Part shown: positions 31,149 through 45,576 of the stretch, piece after piece
Numbering within the stretch: position 1 is the stretch's first letter
Layout: every line of letters starts with the position of its first letter
Assembly: GCA_963667565.1 (NCBI GenBank)
Contig: OY763415.1
Coordinates: 1,568,001-1,632,000 of the forward strand
DNA from: Acholeplasmataceae bacterium
GTDB taxonomy: Bacteria > Bacillota_I > Bacilli_A > Acholeplasmatales > Acholeplasmataceae
Direction: 5' to 3'
Length of the DNA: 64,000 nucleotides
The notes under the pieces: generated by a model
Told to the model about the DNA's origin: nothing
What the model saw: only the letters and a program-made list of their open reading frames with translations
The model's database searches: none
Position numbers and translations under genes: made by a program

Positions 31149-32780
31149 ATGGAAAATCAATCAAACTTTATCAAAACCATTATGGAAAATGACATAGAAT
31201 CAAAAAAACATAGTGATATTATAACAAGATTCCCACCTGAACCTAATGGGTTTTTACACATTGGTCACGCGCGAGCAATTATCACTAATTTTGAGCTTGC
31301 AAAAAACTTTGGTGGTTATACAAATTTAAGATATGATGACACAAATCCAGAAAAAGAAGATGATGTTTATGTTCAAGCAATTAAGAATGATATCAAATGG
31401 TTAGGTTATGAGCCTAAAGATATTTATTTTGCATCTGACTACTTTGATGAAATGTATGAACGTGCATTAATACTTATTAAAAAAGGATTAGCATATGTTG
31501 ATTTTCAATCAGCAGAAGAAATGGCTAAAAATAGAGGCGATGTCAACACACCGGGTGTTGCTTCACCATATAGAGATACTAGCATTGAAGAAAATTTACA
31601 ACTATTTAAAGATATGAAAGATGGTAAGTATAAAGAAGGGGAATGCGTATTAAGAGCTAAAATTGATATGGCATCACCTAATATGAATATGCGTGATCCA
31701 GCGATTTATCGCATCGTTTATGCACACCATCACAGACAAGGGGATAAATGGTGCATTTATCCAATGTATGATTATGCGCATCCATTAGAAGATGCGATTG
31801 AAGGCATCACACATTCATTGTGCTCACTTGAGTTTGAGGATCATAGACCTTTATATGATTGGGTTGTAAGAGAAACAGAAATTCCTTCAACACCACGACA
31901 AATTGAATTTGGTCGTTTAAATGTTGAAAATACGGTATTATCAAAAAGATTTTTACGCGCGCTTGTTGAAAACCATAAAGTTAGTGGTTGGGATGACCCA
32001 AGAATGCCAACGATTTCTGGTATGAGAAGACGTGGATATACTGCAGATGCGATTAGAAATTTCATTTTATCTACAGGGTTATCTAAAGTCAACTCAACGG
32101 TTGGTGCTGATATGTTAGAAGCAGCAGTTAGATCTGATCTTCAAGATAAAGCAAAACGTGTCATGGGTGTTGTGAATCCATTAAAAGTAACGATTACCAA
32201 TTATGATGAAGATAAAATTGAATATGTCGATGTTTTATGGCATCCTGATCAAGAAGCATTAGGAACTAGAAAAGTCGCATTTTCTAAACATTTATATATT
32301 GAAAAAGACGATTTTGTCTTAGAAAAACCGAACAAGCACTACAAGAGACTTGCATTAGGGATTGAAGTTAGACTTTTCCACACATATTTTATTAAAGCAA
32401 ATGAAGTAAAATATGATGAAAACGGAGAAATCACTGAAGTGTTTGTCACTTATGATGTCAACACAAAGAGTGGCAGTGGGTTTGATGAAAGAAAACCAAA
32501 TGGTACCATCCATTTCGTTGAAGCAACCACAGCACAAAAAGCAGAAATTCATTTCTATCAACCCATGTTATTTGATGATGAGTCATTAGACCTTATGGAT
32601 AGATTTAATCCTGAGTCACTTCAAATGCGAGAAGGGTTTGTAGAAGAAGCACTTAAAGATACAAAACCACAAGATAAATATCAATTTATTAGAGTAGGAT
32701 ATTTTAATACAGACGATGATTCTAAAAAAGATCATTTGGTATTTAATGAAATTGTCCCACTAAAGAGTTCTTACAAATAA
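31149..32780 (+). CDS. glnS: Glutamine--tRNA ligase
   Basis: TRFPPEPNGFLHIGH, DDTNP, YPMYDYAH, THSLCSLEF, LSKR and GWDDPRMPT motifs. Confidence 0.96.
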   Translation: MENQSNFIKTIMENDIESKKHSDIITRFPPEPNGFLHIGHARAIITNFELAKNFGGYTNLRYDDTNPEKEDDVYVQAIKNDIKWLGYEPKDIYFASDYFDEMYERALILIKKGLAYVDFQSAEEMAKNRGDVNTPGVASPYRDTSIEENLQLFKDMKDGKYKEGECVLRAKIDMASPNMNMRDPAIYRIVYAHHHRQGDKWCIYPMYDYAHPLEDAIEGITHSLCSLEFEDHRPLYDWVVRETEIPSTPRQIEFGRLNVENTVLSKRFLRALVENHKVSGWDDPRMPTISGMRRRGYTADAIRNFILSTGLSKVNSTVGADMLEAAVRSDLQDKAKRVMGVVNPLKVTITNYDEDKIEYVDVLWHPDQEALGTRKVAFSKHLYIEKDDFVLEKPNKHYKRLALGIEVRLFHTYFIKANEVKYDENGEITEVFVTYDVNTKSGSGFDERKPNGTIHFVEATTAQKAEIHFYQPMLFDDESLDLMDRFNPESLQMREGFVEEALKDTKPQDKYQFIRVGYFNTDDDSKKDHLVFNEIVPLKSSYK

Positions 32781-32800
32781 AAAAAGAAAGCAGGTAGAAC

Positions 32801-34891
32801 ATGGAGAATTATCTAGCTACCTTAAATGAATCTCAATTAAAAGCGGTCATCCACCCGGGTGGTCCGCTTTTTGTTGTCGCTGGCGCGGGTACAGGTAAGA
32901 CTAAAACACTTACAACAAGAATCGCATATTTAATCATGAGTGGGGTAGCACCAAGCCACATTCTCGCTGTGACATTTACAAATAAAGCAGCACGAGAAAT
33001 GAAACAACGTGTCATTAACATGACGGGCCCTTATGCATCTGATGTATGGCTATACACGTTTCATGCTTTTGGATTGCAAATTCTTAGAAGACATATTGCA
33101 CTACTTCCTTATGGGTATAAATCAACATTTACAGTGATTGATGAGGATGATGGAAAGAAAATTATTACAGACATCATCAAGGATATGGGCTTAGATATCA
33201 AACACTTTTCAGTGAAGCAATTAAAGAATTTGATTGCATTATTTAAGTCACAAAGACTTCCTGAATTTGAACGATCAGATGAAGAAAAAATATATAAGAA
33301 TTATCAAAGATATTTATACGAAAATCAACTTTTAGATTTTGATGATTTGCTTATATATACATTAGAATTGCTGACTGAATATCCTGAGATTAAGCATAGA
33401 TATCAAACAGAATTTGAACATGTTTTAGTTGATGAATTTCAAGATACTGACATTATTCAGTATAAGATATTAAAAGTATTAGGTGCCGTTCATAAAAATG
33501 TATTTGTTGTTGGAGATCCCGATCAAAGTATATATTCTTTTAGAGGTGCAAGCTATCAAAATAGTAATAGATTCATTAAAGACTATAGTGCGGACACAGT
33601 GATATTAGATAAGAATTATCGTTCAACAAATCAAATTTTACAAGCCGCAAATAAACTTATAGCAAATAATTTTAACAGACCAAGTGCAAAAAATCTAGAA
33701 AGTGATTTAGGCCTTGGAGAGCCAATAACCTATTATGTTGCAGATAATGATTACAATGAAACTTTTTATGTTATTAATGAAATAGAAAGACTTGTTAAGT
33801 TTGGAAATTATACATATGATGATTTTGCAATCTTATATCGAAACAACGCATTATCAAGATTATTTGAAGATACGTTAATTAAAGAAAGTATTCCATATAT
33901 TATTTATGGTGGTGTTTCTTTTTATCAACGAAAAGAGATTAAAGATGCTTTAGCATATGTTCGATTAGGATTAGATCCACATCAAGATTTCTTCTTTAAA
34001 CGTGTCGTGAATGAACCTAAAAGAAACATTGGTAAAGTCAGTGTTCAAAAGCTTGAAGAAAAAGCAAGATCATTAGGCATTAGTTTATATGCTGCAATTG
34101 ATTATGTAGAATTAAGACCTCAAGCGCTAGAATCATTAAAAGGATTTAAAAAACTTATTGAAGACATAAGTCAGGCATTTTTTGATATGGCAGATTTACA
34201 AGAAATCATGCCCGTTTTGATGCAACTTACGGGTTATATTGATATGCTAAAAGCTGAAAATTCAGAACAGGCTGATGATCGTATCGATAACTTAAGAGAA
34301 CTTCAATCTGTGTTTGTTAGAGGTGATATGTATTATGAAGGTTCATTTTACGAAAAACTCAAACAACAACTGGATCAAATCTCTTTATATTCCGATCTAG
34401 ATCAAGATGTTGATGATGAAAATAGAATTAAGCTTGCGACATATCATCAAGTTAAAGGACTTGAGTTTAGAGTTGTTTTTATGGTTGTCATGGAGGAAGG
34501 TATTTTTCCAAACAACAATTCAATGATGAGTTCAATTGAATTAGAAGAAGAAAGACGTGTATGTTATGTGGGTATGACAAGAGCAAAAGAAAAACTCTAC
34601 ATGACGCATGCTAATCGTAGAATGCAGTATGGTGAACTAAGAATAGGATATCCATCAAGATTTTTAAAAGAATCAAGACCAAAAGAAGAAAGTGTTAGAA
34701 AAACATATAGTTATCAACAACCCATCGCGAGTGGCCATATTTTAAAGACCGGCGATAAAGTCAATCACGATGTCTTTGGTCAAGGTGTAGTTGTATCTGT
34801 TAATGATGATATTGCAAAAATTGCATTTTCTATGCCACATGGCATTAAAAACATTCTAGAAAGTCATCCAGCACTCAAAAAAGTGAAATAA
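32801..34891 (+). CDS. pcrA: ATP-dependent DNA helicase PcrA/UvrD (full length)
   Basis: All SF1A motifs, a 2B domain (GGVSFYQRKEIKD..NEPKRNIG), and a C-terminal Tudor-like GDKVNHDVFGQG. Confidence 0.92.
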   Translation: MENYLATLNESQLKAVIHPGGPLFVVAGAGTGKTKTLTTRIAYLIMSGVAPSHILAVTFTNKAAREMKQRVINMTGPYASDVWLYTFHAFGLQILRRHIALLPYGYKSTFTVIDEDDGKKIITDIIKDMGLDIKHFSVKQLKNLIALFKSQRLPEFERSDEEKIYKNYQRYLYENQLLDFDDLLIYTLELLTEYPEIKHRYQTEFEHVLVDEFQDTDIIQYKILKVLGAVHKNVFVVGDPDQSIYSFRGASYQNSNRFIKDYSADTVILDKNYRSTNQILQAANKLIANNFNRPSAKNLESDLGLGEPITYYVADNDYNETFYVINEIERLVKFGNYTYDDFAILYRNNALSRLFEDTLIKESIPYIIYGGVSFYQRKEIKDALAYVRLGLDPHQDFFFKRVVNEPKRNIGKVSVQKLEEKARSLGISLYAAIDYVELRPQALESLKGFKKLIEDISQAFFDMADLQEIMPVLMQLTGYIDMLKAENSEQADDRIDNLRELQSVFVRGDMYYEGSFYEKLKQQLDQISLYSDLDQDVDDENRIKLATYHQVKGLEFRVVFMVVMEEGIFPNNNSMMSSIELEEERRVCYVGMTRAKEKLYMTHANRRMQYGELRIGYPSRFLKESRPKEESVRKTYSYQQPIASGHILKTGDKVNHDVFGQGVVVSVNDDIAKIAFSMPHGIKNILESHPALKKVK

Positions 34892-34941
34892 TATTTACAT
34901 ATCTAAATATAAAATATAAAACTAAATATTTATGATCTAAT

Positions 34942-34970
34942 AAAAGCATGAGGTGAGACTTATGCTTTTT
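34942..34970 (+). terminator. Terminator after pcrA
   Basis: AAAAGCATGAG-GTGAGA-CTTATGCTTTTT. Confidence 0.75.
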
Positions 34971-35065
34971 AATTGTGAATCATTTTTTTTAGTACTTGCT
35001 AAAAAAATTGATATTTAATATACAGAGTAAAAGTTCATCATCACCCATAATATTATTTGGGTGAT

Positions 35066-36292
35066 ATGATGATATTAAATGAAAAACAAGAGAAAGTAGT
35101 TTACACAAATGAACGCTTTCTTTTTTTATTAGCAGGTGCTGGAAGTGGTAAGACAAGAGTTATTGTTGAAAGAATTAAGCATTTGGTTAACACAGGTGTT
35201 GATCCAAAAAAGATTTTAGCTATAACATTTACACATAAAGCTGCCAATGAAATGAAGGAAAGAATTCATCATCATGATGTATGTGTTCACACATTTCATC
35301 AATATGCTTTAAGCATGTTAAAACAACATCAAGGATATACCTATAAAATCTTAGATCAAGAAAAAATAGTTACACTAAAAGAAGCCTTAGATATTAGTAA
35401 TTACAAAAACCATTTGTATGAAATCAGTAAACCTAAAATATACGATGATTATCAAAAGATGTTAAATCATAAAGGACTCAAAGATTTTGATGATATATTA
35501 ATTGATTTTTATATGATGCTTAAGAAACATCAAATGAGGACGCCTTTTACTTATATATTTGTTGATGAATTTCAAGATACCAACGTGTTACAGTATCACA
35601 TATTAAAGTTAATGATTCATAAAGACACATCAGTTTGTGCAGTAGGAGATCCTGACCAAAGTATTTATCAATTTAGAGGTGCAAATGACAAAATCATTGA
35701 AATATTTATTAAAACATATGATGCACATGTTTATATTCTAGATATGAACTATAGATCGAGTCCAGACATTTTAGAGATTGCCAATCGCTTCATTATACAA
35801 AATCAAAGAAAACTCAAAAAGAAACTTATACCATACCATGAAGAAAACTACGATATAGAAAAACTTAGATTTAAGAGTTTAGAAGAAGAGGCTTCATTTA
35901 TCATTAAAAGATATAGAGGATTTGTATTAGATGGTGTTAAGCCAAACGAAATCGCTGTGATTTATAGAAACCACCATAGAAGTTATGTGATTAGAGATGA
36001 AATTAAAAAACGATATATAGACAAAACATATGGTCTACAATTACTCACGATGCACGAAGCTAAAGGCTTAGAATTTGATGTCGTTTTCATTATTGGATTA
36101 GAAGATGGCGAAGTACCTTCTTATCATACAAGTACATATAAACATCTAGAAGAAGAAAGAAGATTACTATATGTGTCAATGACTAGAGCAAGAAAATATT
36201 TATATTTTTCTTATGTTGAACATCTTGAGACTGGATATAAAAAAATGTCACCATTTTATAAAAAGATTAAATTTTTAAAGAAAGTAAATTGA
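35066..36292 (+). CDS. Short UvrD/PcrA-like SF1A helicase lacking the 2B and C-terminal domains
   Basis: AGAGSGKT, TFTHKAA, DEFQD, GDPDQSIYQFRGA, NYRS, IYRN, TMHEAKGLEF and EERRLLYVSMTRA, all in ~408 aa. Confidence 0.88.
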   Translation: MMILNEKQEKVVYTNERFLFLLAGAGSGKTRVIVERIKHLVNTGVDPKKILAITFTHKAANEMKERIHHHDVCVHTFHQYALSMLKQHQGYTYKILDQEKIVTLKEALDISNYKNHLYEISKPKIYDDYQKMLNHKGLKDFDDILIDFYMMLKKHQMRTPFTYIFVDEFQDTNVLQYHILKLMIHKDTSVCAVGDPDQSIYQFRGANDKIIEIFIKTYDAHVYILDMNYRSSPDILEIANRFIIQNQRKLKKKLIPYHEENYDIEKLRFKSLEEEASFIIKRYRGFVLDGVKPNEIAVIYRNHHRSYVIRDEIKKRYIDKTYGLQLLTMHEAKGLEFDVVFIIGLEDGEVPSYHTSTYKHLEEERRLLYVSMTRARKYLYFSYVEHLETGYKKMSPFYKKIKFLKKVN

Positions 36293-36418
36293 ATAAAACA
36301 TAGTTTACCAAAATCAAGTGTTTTTAATTGAAACTAAAGATTCAAAGTGCTAAGATGACGGTATAAGATGATTGCTTAGTTGAGCCAATCACTAGAAGAA
36401 GAAAAGGAGATGTTTTAC

Positions 36419-36865
36419 ATGTTAACTACATTTAAAGCAACAGCAAAAAAACTTCCAAATGGTCTTCAAGTTGAAACACAAACAAGAAATTTTAAAGTGT
36501 TATTTGATGAACCAAAAAGTTTAGGTGGAACAGATCAAGGATTAAATCCTGTTGAAGGATTATTGGTTGCACTTGGTGCATGTCAATCAATCGTTGCTGC
36601 AGCGTTCGCGAAAGCAAAAGGATTTTCTTTTGAATCATTTCATGTTGAATTAGAAGGTGACTTAGATCCAGATGGATTTTTAGGTAAGAATCCAAATGTG
36701 AGAAATGGATTTACAGAAATTAGATATAAAATGCACTTTAAGACAAACGAGTCAAAAGAAAAAGCAGATGCGTTTGCTCTATTTATTGAAAACACATGTC
36801 CTGTAGGTGACTCACTTGCAAATGGTGTTAAACTCGTTAATGCTGGTGTTGTTCTAGATAAATAG
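36419..36865 (+). CDS. OsmC/Ohr-family protein
   Basis: DEPKSLGGTDQGLNP, ALGAC and TCPV motifs; start after AAGGAG. Confidence 0.9.
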   Translation: MLTTFKATAKKLPNGLQVETQTRNFKVLFDEPKSLGGTDQGLNPVEGLLVALGACQSIVAAAFAKAKGFSFESFHVELEGDLDPDGFLGKNPNVRNGFTEIRYKMHFKTNESKEKADAFALFIENTCPVGDSLANGVKLVNAGVVLDK

Positions 36866-36926
36866 CCAAAATGCACAATAAAAAAGAGCCAAAATGCACA
36901 ATAAAAAAGAGCCAAATTGCATAATA
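36864..36926 (+). repeat. 23-bp tandem direct repeat, about 2.7 copies
   Basis: AGCCAAAATGCACAATAAAAAAG at 36864-36886 and 36887-36909, then the variant AGCCAAATTGCATAATA at 36910-36926. Confidence 0.95.
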
Positions 36927-36929
36927 GTG

Positions 36930-36958
36930 TTTACTTTTAGACTATGAAAACGTATAAT
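36930..36958 (+). promoter_or_regulatory. sigmaA promoter of the AAA-ATPase gene
   Basis: TTTACT-17 nt-TATAAT directly after the repeats. Confidence 0.7.
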
Positions 36959-36975
36959 ATTAATAGGGTGATTAT

Positions 36976-38238
36976 ATGAGTAAGTACTATGAAAGAATTA
37001 TGGATAAATGTATTAAGGAAGAATTAGAGGCTTTTGGTGCGGTGTTAATTAATGGACCTAAATGGTGTGGTAAAACAACTACTGCAAAAAGATACTCAAA
37101 AAGTGACATTAATATGCAAAATCCTGCACAAAAAAATAACTATTTAAATATAGCTAAAATTAATCCCACATTATTATTAGAAGGTGAAAAGCCTAGACTC
37201 ATTGATGAATGGCAAGTGGCACCAGAAATTTGGGATGCAATACGAAACGATGTTGATGATAAACAGCAACAAGGATTATATATATTAACCGGATCATCAA
37301 AAGTTGATGAAAGCAGAATCGGGCATTCTGGGGTAGGTAGAATATCAAGAGTTTTAATGAGAACAATGTCACTTTATGAGTCTCAAGACTCCAATGGTGA
37401 GATTAGCTTAGAAGATATTTTTGATTCTGATAGAAGTATCAGTTCAAAATCTCCACTAAATATAAAAGATATCGCATTACTCATTATCAGAGGTGGATGG
37501 CCAAGTAGTATAGGGAAGGATATTAAAATTGCTAGTAAACAAATTTCAGGATATATACAAAGCATAATAAAAACAGAAATCAAAACAATTGATGGTGTAG
37601 AACGAGATGAGGCTAAAACATTAGCTGTCATGAAATCATTAGCTAGACATACCGCAACACAAGCCAACGATGCAAAAATAATTGCCGATGTTGAAACAAA
37701 TCATTATTCAATACATAGAAATACACTAAGTGATTATTTAAATGCATTAAGAGAATTGTATATTATTGAAGATTTACCAGCGTGGAGTCCTAAACTTAGA
37801 AGCAAAACTACGATAAGAACCTCAAATACAAGACATTTCATAGATCCTGCATTTGCTGCAGCATTACTAAATGCCAATTCAGAAGATTTATTAAGAGATT
37901 TTGAGACATTTGGTCTTCTCTTTGAATCGTTGGTCATAAGAGATTTAAGAATATATACAGATTATATAGGAGGCAAAATATATCATTATAGGGATAAAAC
38001 AGGATTAGAAGCAGACGCAATCATTCATTTAAATGATGGTAGATGGGGCGCAATTGAAATCAAACTTGGATCTCATGAAATTGAAAAGGCAGCTCAAAAT
38101 TTAAAGAAGCTAAAAGATCGGGTTGATAGTTCTGATAACAACGGTCCATCGTTTTTAATGGTTATAACTGGAACAGAATATGCATATAAAAGAGAAGATG
38201 ACATTTATGTTGTTCCTCTTGGCTGTCTAAAATACTAA
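36976..38238 (+). CDS. AAA+ ATPase with DUF4143-type/PD-(D/E)xK C-terminus
   Basis: GPKWCGKTT, LIDEWQ, ILTGS, HSGVGRI, RGGWP, FIDP, GLLFES and EADAI..AIEIKLG motifs. Confidence 0.9.
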   Translation: MSKYYERIMDKCIKEELEAFGAVLINGPKWCGKTTTAKRYSKSDINMQNPAQKNNYLNIAKINPTLLLEGEKPRLIDEWQVAPEIWDAIRNDVDDKQQQGLYILTGSSKVDESRIGHSGVGRISRVLMRTMSLYESQDSNGEISLEDIFDSDRSISSKSPLNIKDIALLIIRGGWPSSIGKDIKIASKQISGYIQSIIKTEIKTIDGVERDEAKTLAVMKSLARHTATQANDAKIIADVETNHYSIHRNTLSDYLNALRELYIIEDLPAWSPKLRSKTTIRTSNTRHFIDPAFAAALLNANSEDLLRDFETFGLLFESLVIRDLRIYTDYIGGKIYHYRDKTGLEADAIIHLNDGRWGAIEIKLGSHEIEKAAQNLKKLKDRVDSSDNNGPSFLMVITGTEYAYKREDDIYVVPLGCLKY

Positions 38239-38245
38239 ACAAATG

Positions 38246-38270
38246 AAGCGAATAAATTCTTTCGCTTTTT
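38246..38270 (+). terminator. Intrinsic terminator
   Basis: AAGCGAA-TAAATTCT-TTCGCTT followed by T's. Confidence 0.65.
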
Positions 38271-38272
38271 AA

Positions 38273-43112
<4,840 letters not shown>

Positions 43113-43152
43113 CCAAAAATAAACTATTATGTTATGATTAGGAGGGGATGAT

Positions 43153-43686
43153 ATGCACGAAGATCCAAAGGATCCTAAAAAAGATCCAGAAGAAGAGTTA
43201 AAGCGATTGATTGAGGAATTAGAAACCTATGGAAAGAAAAAACAAAATGCTGTAAGTTATGCATTTTTACTCCATAGAAACTATGCCATTCATTTATTAT
43301 TATCACTTGTTGTTAACTTTTTAATGGCAGTGACAGTCATCGGTTTGGGGCTTGCATTAAATCATCATTTTTTGACATTTGAATTTGAAGCATTTATGCT
43401 AGCAATCATATTGTTAACATTAATTGAAAACCTTGTAAAAATCTTATTATTTAAATACGCACTTAAGGTGATGCTATATAGTTTAGGATTATTATCATGG
43501 GTTGTTCAAATCTTAATTCTTTATGGAATTACGGTGATTTTTGGTGATGCATTTGCATTCCTAAGTGTATGGGATTTGGTTGTATTTTCAGTGATGTTTA
43601 CAGTCATGAGATTTATCTTAAGTGTCTATATAAGAAGATATATGTTCCAAAGAAAACATATCTTTATGGGAGGTAGAAAAAAATGA
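43153..43686 (+). CDS. Four-TM membrane protein in the YvlD-like position
   Basis: Hydrophobic ORF between uvrA and hprK; GGAGGGG RBS. Confidence 0.65.
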   Translation: MHEDPKDPKKDPEEELKRLIEELETYGKKKQNAVSYAFLLHRNYAIHLLLSLVVNFLMAVTVIGLGLALNHHFLTFEFEAFMLAIILLTLIENLVKILLFKYALKVMLYSLGLLSWVVQILILYGITVIFGDAFAFLSVWDLVVFSVMFTVMRFILSVYIRRYMFQRKHIFMGGRKK

Positions 43687-44621
43687 AACTAAAAGTTAAG
43701 CATCTTATTAAAGATTTAAACTTAGAAGTGCTTGCTGGACATAACGCATTAGAGCGAGAAATTAAGGCAGAGATGTTATCTCGTCCAGGTGTTGAGCTTG
43801 CAGGATTTCTAGATTTCTTTGATTCTGACCGTATTGTCTTAATTGGCTCAAAAGAGCATTCATTTATGAAGTTGTTGCCATATGATATCATGAAGACAAG
43901 AGTTGAAGATATCATGATGACAAAACCTCCAGTTTTTATCTTTTCGATTAATGTTGATGTTGATCCACTGTTTTTTGAACTTGGTGATAAATATAATGTG
44001 GCTATCTTAAAAAGCCCTGTTAGAACAACACCACTTTCAAGTCAACTCTATGCATACCTACATGCAAAATTAGCGCCAAGAATTACGGTTCATGGTGTCT
44101 TACTTGATATCAATGGTTTAGGTGTCTTACTCGTAGGTAAGAGCGGTATTGGTAAAAGTGAGACTGCACTAGAACTTATTAATCGTGGTCACATCCTTAT
44201 TAGTGATGATCGCGTGGATATTTTTGAAACTGCACCTGGCATTTTAGTGGGTGCAGCGCCTAAGATTTTAGAAAGATATATTGAAGTAAGAGGTATCGGT
44301 ATTGTTGATGTTGTAACAATGTTTGGTGCAGGAGCTTATCGTGAAAGTAAGAAGATAAGACTTGTTGTTGAACTTGAACATTGGAAGAAAGATAAGCAAT
44401 ACGATAGACTTGGTATTGATACGGAAACTACTTCATATTTCAATACTGAAATAACAAAAATAACGATTCCTATCCTTCCAGGTAGAAACGTTGCTACATT
44501 AGTTGAAATTGCAGCAATGAACACAAAACTTAAATATTTAGGCTATAATGCAGCACTTGATTTAACAGAAGCAGTAGCTAAAAAAGCAAGTGGATTTGGA
44601 AAGGACGAAGATGATGAGTAA
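43683..44621 (+). CDS. hprK: HPr kinase/phosphorylase
   Basis: RPGVELAG, HGVL, GKSGIGKSE, DDRV, EVRGIG and PGRN motifs. Confidence 0.97.
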   Translation: MKLKVKHLIKDLNLEVLAGHNALEREIKAEMLSRPGVELAGFLDFFDSDRIVLIGSKEHSFMKLLPYDIMKTRVEDIMMTKPPVFIFSINVDVDPLFFELGDKYNVAILKSPVRTTPLSSQLYAYLHAKLAPRITVHGVLLDINGLGVLLVGKSGIGKSETALELINRGHILISDDRVDIFETAPGILVGAAPKILERYIEVRGIGIVDVVTMFGAGAYRESKKIRLVVELEHWKKDKQYDRLGIDTETTSYFNTEITKITIPILPGRNVATLVEIAAMNTKLKYLGYNAALDLTEAVAKKASGFGKDEDDE

Positions 44622-45576
44622 TTTTTGGGAAAACAATAAACAAGGCATTTTATTATATGGTGGTATCGCATTAGGATTTATCATTCTTGTGATACTGGCA
44701 ACTGCAACACAAAGCGGTTATCCTTATAACCCAACGGCTATTGATACAAACTTCTCAATTGGAAGTTTTCAATTAGACGTTCAATGGTATGCAGTCTTTA
44801 TATTATCAGGTATCGCATTTGCAGCAGCAGTGAGTTACTTTGAATTTAAACGTTATAAAGTGGATACGGATATTTTATTCGATGGATTATTATATGCAGT
44901 ACCGCTTGCTATCGTCGGTGCGAGATTATGGTGGGTATTATTTAATTTAAGTAGTATTCATTCATTTGGAGATATCATAAACACACAAGCTGGTGGGTTA
45001 GGTATTCACGGTGCAATTATCTTTGTGTTTATCTTCTTAATCTTTTTTACAAAGTGGAAGAAGATTTCATATTGGTGGTTATTAGATTTGGTTGCTCCTG
45101 GATTTTTAATTGGGCAAACGATGGGACGTTGGGGTAATTTCATGAATGGTGAATTATATGGTCCTGCAGTTGACAATCTAAATTATCTACCAAAATTTAT
45201 TAGTGAACAAATGTATATTAATGGAAGTTATCATTTACCTACATTTTTATTTGAAAGTTTATGGAATTTATTAGGACTTATCATCATCTTAATTTTAAGA
45301 CGCAAGAAAGTCTTTAAATTAGGAGATATTTTAGGATTTTATCTCATCTGGTATGGAACGATTCGTATCCCTATGGAATTATTAAGATTCCAAGGTGATC
45401 CATCAGATCCACTTCCACTTCCTTGGATTACGGGTAATGCAAGTGCATGGTATGAAATGTCTTCTATTTGGACATCTATATTATTAATTGTTGCAGGGTT
45501 ATCTGTGATTTTAGTAAAACGCTTATTTGTCAAAAATCTTCCATACTACAACGAATTTAAAAGCAAGAATGTATAA
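44611..45576 (+). CDS. lgt: Prolipoprotein diacylglyceryl transferase
   Basis: GARLW, GGLGIHG, GQTMGRWGNFMNGE and PTFLFES motifs. Confidence 0.95.
   Translation: MMSNFWENNKQGILLYGGIALGFIILVILATATQSGYPYNPTAIDTNFSIGSFQLDVQWYAVFILSGIAFAAAVSYFEFKRYKVDTDILFDGLLYAVPLAIVGARLWWVLFNLSSIHSFGDIINTQAGGLGIHGAIIFVFIFLIFFTKWKKISYWWLLDLVAPGFLIGQTMGRWGNFMNGELYGPAVDNLNYLPKFISEQMYINGSYHLPTFLFESLWNLLGLIIILILRRKKVFKLGDILGFYLIWYGTIRIPMELLRFQGDPSDPLPLPWITGNASAWYEMSSIWTSILLIVAGLSVILVKRLFVKNLPYYNEFKSKNV

Noticed and set aside
31149..32780. GlnRS in a Firmicutes-derived genome as a novelty
   Set aside because: glnS is already known from Acholeplasma, phytoplasmas and some clostridia.
36864..36926. 23-bp repeats as a mini-CRISPR array
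   Set aside because: The copies are head-to-tail with no spacers, not palindromic, and there are no cas genes in the window.
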